Shown piece after piece: positions 56,958 through 64,000 of a stretch of DNA of 64,000 nucleotides. The notes under the pieces were generated by a model. It was not told the DNA's origin and made no database searches. It was given only the letters and a program-made list of their open reading frames with translations. The position numbers and the translations under genes are program-made. This DNA comes from Candidatus Brocadiia bacterium (GTDB lineage: Bacteria > Planctomycetota > Brocadiia > CAIUPP01). The stretch is taken from NCBI GenBank assembly GCA_052139675.1, contig JBKQWE010000064.1, forward strand, positions 4,653 through 68,652, read 5' to 3'. Position 1 is the stretch's first letter. Each line of letters opens with the position of its first letter.

Positions 56958-57950
56958 TCAAGCGCCCCGCGCGCTGAACCTCAAGCCAGGAGCGAGAGTT
57001 GCCGGCTGCGCGGCGTCGCTGAGAATTGATACGGCTTCCTGGCCCAGCGACAACGAGCCGCCGACGAACTTCACGTACGGAAGAATATGCCCGTTCTTAT
57101 CTTCGATGAAATTGGCGCGCAGTTCCGGCGCTTCCATTGAACTTGCCAGCGGATAAGCATACTGGCGGTAAATCTCGTAAATGACCTTTTTCGCCGTCGC
57201 GCCGCTCGGCGCCTGAAAAACTTCTTCGGTCGGACCAATAAGACCGCGATCAATCAATCTCTGTGCCTCCGCCAAAGGCAGGCCGAAGGCGGTATCGAAA
57301 AAGACGTGCCAGAGGTGAACCCCCACGCGAGACTTTTTCTGCCATGTCCAGAGCCGCAGCCGGTCCTCCTCTTCAAGGATCAACGTCGGAAGAACGGCGT
57401 TCTTCCTGAGGCCCGGTTTGCCGCCAAGCCTTTTCATCGGCTTTAGCTTTGCGTCATAGTCGGGCATATCGCCGGTGATCGAAAGGCTGTTTCCGCATTC
57501 GACGGCCAGGATTGCCCGCGACAGAAGCAGACGCATGTCAGCATGCCTCTCCGGCGTGAACGGAAGCTCAATCTCGCCTCCGATGCGTTCTACAGCGTCG
57601 CTGACTGCCTCCCGATCAAGCTCCCGGAAGATAAGAAGGTCCGGCCGATTCACGCCGGCCGGCGCGGAATTCTCGAGCCTCTCAAAATATAACTCGAACG
57701 CCCCGAAATCTTCGTCCGGCGCAACGCTGCGCGGCCCATAAGGCAGTGCGAAATAGCCGCCCGTTTCGTTAACCGCGCTGACCAAACGCTCCTTGCTCCA
57801 AACGCCCAGCGACCAGCGCATGAGAAAATCACTGCCCCGAATTCGCCGGCGATTGAGCTTGAAGTCGCTGCACAGCACGGGTACGTGCCCGTGCAGGAGA
57901 ATCTGAATTTCCTCGGCTGGCACGCTGAGGGCGCGATCAAAAAGCGTCAT
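56958..57950 (-). CDS. AccI-family type II restriction endonuclease homolog (orphan)
   Basis: SDFLMRWS.GVWS, ALPYGP, RPDLL, AVEC.NSL, HVFFD; no methyltransferase adjacent. Confidence 0.65.
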   Translation of the reverse strand: MTLFDRALSVPAEEIQILLHGHVPVLCSDFKLNRRRIRGSDFLMRWSLGVWSKERLVSAVNETGGYFALPYGPRSVAPDEDFGAFELYFERLENSAPAGVNRPDLLIFRELDREAVSDAVERIGGEIELPFTPERHADMRLLLSRAILAVECGNSLSITGDMPDYDAKLKPMKRLGGKPGLRKNAVLPTLILEEEDRLRLWTWQKKSRVGVHLWHVFFDTAFGLPLAEAQRLIDRGLIGPTEEVFQAPSGATAKKVIYEIYRQYAYPLASSMEAPELRANFIEDKNGHILPYVKFVGGSLSLGQEAVSILSDAAQPATLAPGLRFSARGA

Positions 57951-58127
57951 CTGATTCTCCTGCTGTGAAGGAAGGCCTCTTGCGTGTCATCCGTCAGCTC
58001 TCGTTTTGAACGACATGCCGCGGCCGGCGCGGCGAGCGAAAGAGAATGTATCCTCTGCGGGGGAAAGTTGCAAGGAGGGTCGCATTCGGCGCGTCGGCAA
58101 TCGGCCGCGCGGCGGATCTGAACCGGC

Positions 58128-59396
58128 TCACGCCGCTCCCGGAGCGCGCGACAGGTCGCGGCCTTTCAGCACGAACCAGGTCGTGCCGATGACGCCGAAG
58201 GCGAAGGCGGCGAGCAGGTTGACTCGCGGGCCGATCAGCCAGAGCAGCGACCCGCCGAAGGCCGCGACCGACACGAAGACGTCGCGGATCAGGTAGTACA
58301 GCCCGAACATGGCCGCCTTCCGGTCCTCCGGGGCCAGGTCCATGATGAGCGCCTTGCGCGACGGCTCGCCGAACTCCTTCAGGCCGCGCAGGACGAAGAC
58401 CGGCGCCAGCGCCCAAAGCGACTGCGCGAACATGAGCATCAGCGGGAAGAGCGTGAAGAAGCCGAAGGTGACCGCCACGAACGGCTTCTTCCCGAACCGG
58501 TCGGCCATGTGCGCCACCGGGATGTAGCAGAGCACCGCGGTGACCTGCTCGACGGCCGAGAGCCAGCCGAAAGTGAAATCCGTGACCGGCCGCAGGATCT
58601 GCACGGTGCACCAGATGATGACAAAGCAATCGGGGATGCGCTCGCAGAAGCGGATGAGGATGTCGGAGATGAGCAGGTTCCGCAGTTCCGGGCTCATCTC
58701 GCGCCAGAGCCTGAACGGATTTTTCTCCGCCTTCGGCCGAGGCGGATCGCCGGGGCGGCGCCGGTCGTCCTCGATGAAGCGCTGCTGCACGGCCATCCCC
58801 AGGAGCGCCAGCACGATCGCCGCCATGAACGCCGCGCGCACGCCGCGGTCTATGCCCCAGAGCGCAATGAACGTCCCGCCGATGACCGGCCCGAGCGCCT
58901 TGGGCACTCGCCGGATCAGCGCGGTCATCGAAACGCCCATCGCGCGTTTGTTCTTCGGCACTACCTTCGCCACGATCTCCATCGTCGCCGGCAGCGAAAT
59001 GGCCGACCAGGAGATGAAGAACGCCGCCCCGACCAGCACCGCCCACCAGGTGTGAATGACGAGGATGACGACGTATCCCAACATGGAGAGCAAGTTGAAA
59101 ATCAGCAGGGCGCGCTTCGTGCCCAGCCGGTCGCTGAGGTAACCGCCGGGGAACGAGTAGAGCGCCGAGAGCAGGTCGTCCATGCCCGCGAGCAAGCCGA
59201 TGGCGAGAATGCTCGTCGCCGTGAGCACTTTGCCGGCGGCGCCGCCCGACAACGCCTCGATGTACCGCGGGAGGAAACGCTCGCCGATCTGCTCGCCCAT
59301 TCCGACGAGGATGACCATGCCCAGCATGCCGGCCATGCTGCGTTTCAGGCCGAGGAACTCCGCGGCCCGCCGCCACGTGGATAGCAGATGGGACAT
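58128..59396 (-). CDS. MFS transporter
   Basis: GYLSDRLGTK and MADRFGKK MFS loops; about 12 TMs. Confidence 0.9.
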   Translation of the reverse strand: MSHLLSTWRRAAEFLGLKRSMAGMLGMVILVGMGEQIGERFLPRYIEALSGGAAGKVLTATSILAIGLLAGMDDLLSALYSFPGGYLSDRLGTKRALLIFNLLSMLGYVVILVIHTWWAVLVGAAFFISWSAISLPATMEIVAKVVPKNKRAMGVSMTALIRRVPKALGPVIGGTFIALWGIDRGVRAAFMAAIVLALLGMAVQQRFIEDDRRRPGDPPRPKAEKNPFRLWREMSPELRNLLISDILIRFCERIPDCFVIIWCTVQILRPVTDFTFGWLSAVEQVTAVLCYIPVAHMADRFGKKPFVAVTFGFFTLFPLMLMFAQSLWALAPVFVLRGLKEFGEPSRKALIMDLAPEDRKAAMFGLYYLIRDVFVSVAAFGGSLLWLIGPRVNLLAAFAFGVIGTTWFVLKGRDLSRAPGAA

Positions 59397-59442
59397 AGGT
59401 TCGGTTCGCCCCATTTTCCCCCGTCGAACCGGATCGCGGCGC

Positions 59443-59661
59443 CTACCGCGCGCGGTCTCGCGCCGTCGAGAGCAGGCTGATGACGACGACCAGGACGACG
59501 CCGAGTCCGGCGACCGGAGGGATCAGGCCGGGGCGGATGATCTGCGAGTGCGCCAGCCACGCCCCGCACCCGAGCACGATGACGACGCCCGCGGCGATCT
59601 GCCAGCAGTCGCCGATGACGAAGTCGTACCAGAACCGCAGGAAGCCGAGCAGATATCTCAT
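59443..59661 (-). CDS. Small membrane protein
   Basis: MRYLLGFLRFWYDFVIGD..., two TMs, ATGA coupling. Confidence 0.7.
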   Translation of the reverse strand: MRYLLGFLRFWYDFVIGDCWQIAAGVVIVLGCGAWLAHSQIIRPGLIPPVAGLGVVLVVVISLLSTARDRAR

Positions 59662-60473
59662 TTCGCCGCTCCCGTGGCGGCCGGCGCCGGGGCCTCGGCC
59701 GGATTGAGGCGGCGGAGCGCGCGGACGAACAGGGACGATACGATGATCCAGGACGCCAGCACGCCCAGCAGGGCCCATTCGCCGCCCGGCCACTCGAGGC
59801 TTCCGCGGTCGGCCGTGAAGTAGCCCAGGCCCTCCGTGGACCAGAACGTTCCAAAGGTGCACAACAGCATGGCTACGCCGAACTTGAGCAGGTTCTCCGG
59901 CACGGCGGACAGCGGCTTGTGGACCATGATGCCCGCGATCAACACCACCACGAACGCGGCCAGCGCGGCCATGGAGGCGATGAACATGCTGTTGGGATTC
60001 CGCAGGCTCGCGCTCAGGCCGAACGTGATCACGATGAACACCACCTCGAGCCCTTCCAGGAAGACTCCCTTGAAGGAGACGACGAACGCGAACCAGTCGA
60101 GGCCGCCGCGCATCAGGTGGCTCGCCTGCCGCGCTTCCTCCTGTTCCCGCCGGTAGATGCTCGCCTCGTCATGCTTCGCCTTCAGGCCGCTCTCGCGCAG
60201 GATGGCCTTGCGCAGCCACTGCAAGCCGAAGACCAGCAGAAGCGCGCCGATGATCAACTGGAGCAGCGATGGTGAAATGGTGTTGCGCAGGCCGACCCCG
60301 GCGACCGCCACCAGCAGGCTCAGCGCCAGCATGGCCAGAATCGAGCCGACGATGGTGGACTTCCAGCTTCGCGTCATCCCGACGGCGAGCACGATGGTGA
60401 ACGCCTCCACGCACTCGACCGAGGAAGCGACGAACACCGCCGTCGCCAGGGCGACAGTATCCGGGTTCAGCAT
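59658..60473 (-). CDS. COG4280-type membrane protein (possible cation transporter)
   Basis: Duplicated acidic motifs VECVEAFTIV / FLEGLEVVFIV. Confidence 0.7.
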   Translation of the reverse strand: MLNPDTVALATAVFVASSVECVEAFTIVLAVGMTRSWKSTIVGSILAMLALSLLVAVAGVGLRNTISPSLLQLIIGALLLVFGLQWLRKAILRESGLKAKHDEASIYRREQEEARQASHLMRGGLDWFAFVVSFKGVFLEGLEVVFIVITFGLSASLRNPNSMFIASMAALAAFVVVLIAGIMVHKPLSAVPENLLKFGVAMLLCTFGTFWSTEGLGYFTADRGSLEWPGGEWALLGVLASWIIVSSLFVRALRRLNPAEAPAPAATGAAK

Positions 60474-60634
60474 CAATGCGGTTCCTGCAAAAGGCTGAGC
60501 GCCATTTCGGAGTCTTGCGGACGTATCGGCCATCCCCAGGAAAGGGCGCGCCGACGGAGGGCTTCGGGCCTTCGCAGCCGTAGGTTATACCGCCCGATTG
60601 CCGCTGTCAAGCAAGCCCGGCCGGCGAAGCCGGG

Positions 60635-61612
60635 CTAGAACGAGCCGAGGGTGCTGAAGACGCCCTGCAGCAGGTCGTCCACCGTGATGACGCCGACGGC
60701 GCGGCCTTGCGGGCCTGCGACGACGGCCATGCTTTGGGCGCTTTCCTGCAGGCGGCGGAAGGCCTCGTCCACGCCGGTCTCCGCGTTGAGCAACAGCGGC
60801 GGTCGAAGCAGCTTGCGGATGTCGCCGCCTTCATCCCCGCAGAGGTAATCGAGGACCCGCAGACTCCCGACGACGTTCGACCGGTCGCCCTCGTAGACCG
60901 GCAGCCGCGCGTGAGTCGAGCGCGCGATCTCCCGCCGCGCCTCCTGCGGGTCCGCATCCACCGGGACCATCTGCACGTGCGACAGCGGCGTCATGATCTC
61001 CCGCAACGGCCGGCCCCGCAATTGCAGAATGTTTCGGACGATCACGTCCTGCTGCGGCGTGATCACGCCTTCCTGCGTGCCCGCCGAAAGCAGCGTGCCG
61101 AGGTACTGCGCCGTGACGACTGTCTTGCGCGGCTCGGCCCGGCCTCCGAGCAGCCGCCGCCAGAACGCCACCAGCCCGAGCAGCAGCGTGACTACCGGCC
61201 AGAGCACCTTGTTCGTCAGCCAGAGCAGCGGGCTCGACCAGCGCATCAGCGGGTCCGCGAGCACCTGGGCCACGCTCTTGGGAATCACCTCGCCGAGGAT
61301 CAGCATCACCGGCGCCAGCGTCACCGTGCTGACGAGTTCCACCACCAGTTCGCGCCGCCCCTGCAAGCAATGGGCGACCAGCGCCGTGAAGAACACCGTG
61401 CCGCAGTACACCGCCGTGTTGTGCGCCGTCAGCGTCATGCAGACGTACCGCTCCATGTCCGCGACCACGCTTTCGGTCAGCGCTGCCGTGCGCCGCCCGC
61501 GCTTCGCCTCGCCGTGAAGCCGGATTCGGTTGAGGCGATACGCGCCCGTCTCCGCGGCGGCGTAAAATGCCGCCACGACGACGGACAGGGCGATCCACAG
61601 GACGGTCATCAT
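60635..61612 (-). CDS. CNNM/DUF21 + CBS domain protein
   Basis: AAAETG, GEVIPKS, IMTP, ARLPVY, GVITVDDLL. Confidence 0.85.
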   Translation of the reverse strand: MMTVLWIALSVVVAAFYAAAETGAYRLNRIRLHGEAKRGRRTAALTESVVADMERYVCMTLTAHNTAVYCGTVFFTALVAHCLQGRRELVVELVSTVTLAPVMLILGEVIPKSVAQVLADPLMRWSSPLLWLTNKVLWPVVTLLLGLVAFWRRLLGGRAEPRKTVVTAQYLGTLLSAGTQEGVITPQQDVIVRNILQLRGRPLREIMTPLSHVQMVPVDADPQEARREIARSTHARLPVYEGDRSNVVGSLRVLDYLCGDEGGDIRKLLRPPLLLNAETGVDEAFRRLQESAQSMAVVAGPQGRAVGVITVDDLLQGVFSTLGSF

Positions 61613-62880
61613 CCCTCGTCCTCATGCCGAAGACGCTCGACTCGAACGCGCGCGATGCGGCGGCCGGACATTTTCTCGACCACGAAACGCAGCCCGCGCC
61701 TCTCGATGCTTTCACCTTCCTTCGGGACGCGGCCGAGCAGCGACATGACGAATCCGCCGAGCGTCTCGACGCCGGCCGGATCGAAACCGGCGCCCAGCAG
61801 CGGCCGCCAGTCGCGCGTGCTCAGGTTCCCGGCGAGGACGTAGGTATCCTCATCGAGCATTCGGACCGGCGGCTCCTCGGCGCGCGGCTTCTCGCGGATC
61901 TCGCCGACGACCTCCTCGAGGATATGCTCCAGCGTGACCAGCCCGGCCGTGCCGCCGTACTCGTCCACGACGATGGCGACGGAATCGCGCGCGTGGGTGA
62001 AGTAGCGCAGCAGCGCCTCGACCGGCTGCGTCTCCGGCACGAACCTCACCGGGCGGAGCAGGCTGTGGATTTCCGCCTCGGGATGGAGCAGCACGTCGCG
62101 CGTGAAGAGCATGCCGACCACGTTGTCGGCGGAGCCCTCGTAGGCGAGCACGCGTTCCTGGCGGTCAATCTGCACCAGCTCGGAGAAGCCTTCGGCGCCG
62201 CCGGCCACGTTGAAGAGCGGCATATCCACGCGCGGCGTCATCAGCTCCCGGGCGCGCAGGTCCGTGAGGTCCACCACCTGCTCGATCATCCCGCGCGCCT
62301 GGCCGCTCAGCGTGCCCTGCTGCTCGGCCATGGCGATGAGCGTCTGGAGTTCGCCGCGCGTGACGTACGGCGCCGGGCTGAAGCGCCGGGTCAGCGCGTC
62401 GGTGCACTCCCGCGCCACGAACCGGATCAGGTTGCTGACCGGGCGGACGACGCGGAAAAAAAGGTACAGCGGCCACGCGACCCAGTGCGCCACCTCCACC
62501 GGCCGGCCGACGGCGATGCCTTTGGGGCTCGCCTCGGTCAGCAGGATGACCGCCAGCAGCGAGACGACGCCGCAGACCACCGCGGCCAGGTGCGAGACCT
62601 CCGAAAGCTGGATGGCGATGAGGATGCTCAGGCCGTAGATGCTCAGGTTGACGACCATGTTCCCGAGCAGCACGGCCGCCAGCAGCGCCTGCGGGTCGCG
62701 CAGCAGCGCCCGGATCGCGCGGCTCGAGCGGGAGGAAGAAAGACTGAGTTTCCGCAAGTCCTCATGGGTCAGCGAGAAAAGCGCAGTCTCGGCGGCGCTG
62801 AAAACGGCCGAACAACTCATGAGGATCACGACGGCGGCGAGCTCGGGAGCCCGCTGAATGAGTATGTCGGTGATCGTCAT
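61609..62880 (-). CDS. CNNM/HlyC/CorC family protein
   Basis: FSAAETALFSL, MTPR, VVDEYGGTAGLVTLE.ILEEVVGEI, CorC C-terminus. Confidence 0.9.
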   Translation of the reverse strand: MTITDILIQRAPELAAVVILMSCSAVFSAAETALFSLTHEDLRKLSLSSSRSSRAIRALLRDPQALLAAVLLGNMVVNLSIYGLSILIAIQLSEVSHLAAVVCGVVSLLAVILLTEASPKGIAVGRPVEVAHWVAWPLYLFFRVVRPVSNLIRFVARECTDALTRRFSPAPYVTRGELQTLIAMAEQQGTLSGQARGMIEQVVDLTDLRARELMTPRVDMPLFNVAGGAEGFSELVQIDRQERVLAYEGSADNVVGMLFTRDVLLHPEAEIHSLLRPVRFVPETQPVEALLRYFTHARDSVAIVVDEYGGTAGLVTLEHILEEVVGEIREKPRAEEPPVRMLDEDTYVLAGNLSTRDWRPLLGAGFDPAGVETLGGFVMSLLGRVPKEGESIERRGLRFVVEKMSGRRIARVRVERLRHEDEG

Positions 62881-63186
62881 GCAGGGATTATAGGGATGGG
62901 CGGCGGCGGCGGTCAAATCGCGCGGGGCGCGTTCTCGTCATCGTCCCGGCCGAACAAAATGCTCTCGATTTTTCCTAAACTCCGCCGCGGCCCTGCCGAT
63001 AATCAAGGTAACGGGGAACACCCGATCGCAGGAAAATGAGGAGGACATGCGCCCTCTGCCGTTGCGGAGAAATCCTGACTGCCGGGCCATCAAATAACAT
63101 TCAGCTCGAAGCGGAAGCGCTGACTTGAGCTAACAGGGACCCGAGCGAGCAAGGAACTCCCGCACAAAGGTGGAGGGTGCCTCCTT

Positions 63187-63732
63187 TTAACCCGCCCATT
63201 CGCTGCTGAGAATCCCGTACTGCACCAAGTCGTTGTAACGGCCCCATCTTTTCACATGCTCGCGCCTGACTCCTTCATGCGTCATCCCGAGTTTCTGCAT
63301 CACTCGTCCAGACGCGGGATTCATCGCGAAGTGAGACGCGTAAACGCGGTGGAGCTTCAGGTCCTGAAACGCGAAGCGCAGCAACTCCTTTGCGGCCGCG
63401 GTGCAAAACCCTTTGTTCCAGTAGGGCAAGCCGATCCAGTAACCGAGTTCTGCATGGTCGAATCGCCTTACGATTCCCAGACCTGCCGCGCCGATCAATT
63501 CCCGGGATTCGCGCAGGACAATCGCGAAGGTCGCCGATTTTCCGGCTTCGAATGCTGATTGATGCCCCGAAATCCACTCTTCCGCCATGCCGTCCTCATA
63601 CGGATGAGGAATATTGGCAGTGTATTCAGCGACGGCACGATTTCCCGCCAGGCGCTGGACGTTTTTTGCGTCCGCCGCTTCGAACGGGCGGAGGATGAGC
63701 CTGGCGGTCTCGAGAATAGGGAGCTTTGCCAT
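63187..63732 (-). CDS. RimJ/RimL-type GNAT acetyltransferase
   Basis: LETARLILRPF, ELGYWIG..YWNKG, NPASGRVMQKLGM. Confidence 0.9.
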   Translation of the reverse strand: MAKLPILETARLILRPFEAADAKNVQRLAGNRAVAEYTANIPHPYEDGMAEEWISGHQSAFEAGKSATFAIVLRESRELIGAAGLGIVRRFDHAELGYWIGLPYWNKGFCTAAAKELLRFAFQDLKLHRVYASHFAMNPASGRVMQKLGMTHEGVRREHVKRWGRYNDLVQYGILSSEWAG

Positions 63733-63954
63733 CTTTTCCCTCCGCGCGGGATGCGCTGTTAAAACTGTTCAGGCCTCCGCGGCCAAGGGCTGCTTCTCAG
63801 GATCGTTGGCTTGCCGCATCATTATACGTTTCTCGAGCGATTCTGCAAGTTCTGTGATCATACGCCTCGCCGTTTTGCGCGGTTGCCTGCCGCCGCGACG
63901 AGGTGGTAAAATGATTGCAGACGAGATTTCTATTGCGCTGTCGGAGGCCGATGC

Positions 63955-64000
63955 ATGAAGCGGTTCTTTACGCTGGAGTACTGGGCGGACGAGGGTTGGC
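63955..64000 (+). CDS. Probable HicB-family antitoxin, N-terminus only (partial)
   Basis: GGAGG RBS, MKRFFTLEYWADEGW; only 15 codons visible. Confidence 0.5.
   Translation, partial: MKRFFTLEYWADEGW

Noticed and set aside
60474-60600. yybP-ykoY or fluoride riboswitch upstream of COG4280
   Set aside because: Consensus nucleotides not found by eye.
63047-63097. 16-aa ORF after GAGGAG
   Set aside because: RBS spacing too short, no motif and no supporting context.

Overview
GC-rich bacterial chromosomal window, probably PVC superphylum/Planctomycetota-like (inferred from a DUF1549/DUF1553-DUF1501-PPC module and the repeat types). A perfect parS palindrome at 38001 suggests it is origin-proximal. 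Contents in order: (i) GldA/F/G-like ABC operon ending in a DUF4340-parvulin PPIase fusion; (ii) an apparently complete ceramide operon (Spt, bCerS-like GNAT, CerR-like SDR, Aur1/IPC-synthase-like PAP2) with a divergent DUF4833 gene; (iii) MNT-HEPN pair; (iv) Cys-rich ECF sigma/anti-sigma/CMD redox cluster; (v) cobalamin-riboswitch-controlled RiPP locus with an unannotated 33-aa CbpA-type precursor and a CbpB radical SAM enzyme; (vi) GT4-GT8/MTase-2xGT-C-2x radical SAM operon; (vii) planctomycete DUF module; (viii) VapBC, URO-D family, ATP-grasp-like and Schlafen/AlbA_2 genes; (ix) secreted/membrane genes, HD-GYP, a sigma54-driven YHS lipoprotein pair, PadR; (x) type 2 IleRS with the non-canonical GVHH motif, preceded by an orphan AccI-like endonuclease; (xi) transporters. 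Several families of palindromic short-period repeats occur throughout, and three copies sit in frame inside proteins. No rRNA, tRNA, CRISPR or intact transposase was seen. All family calls come from motif recognition, not database searches.
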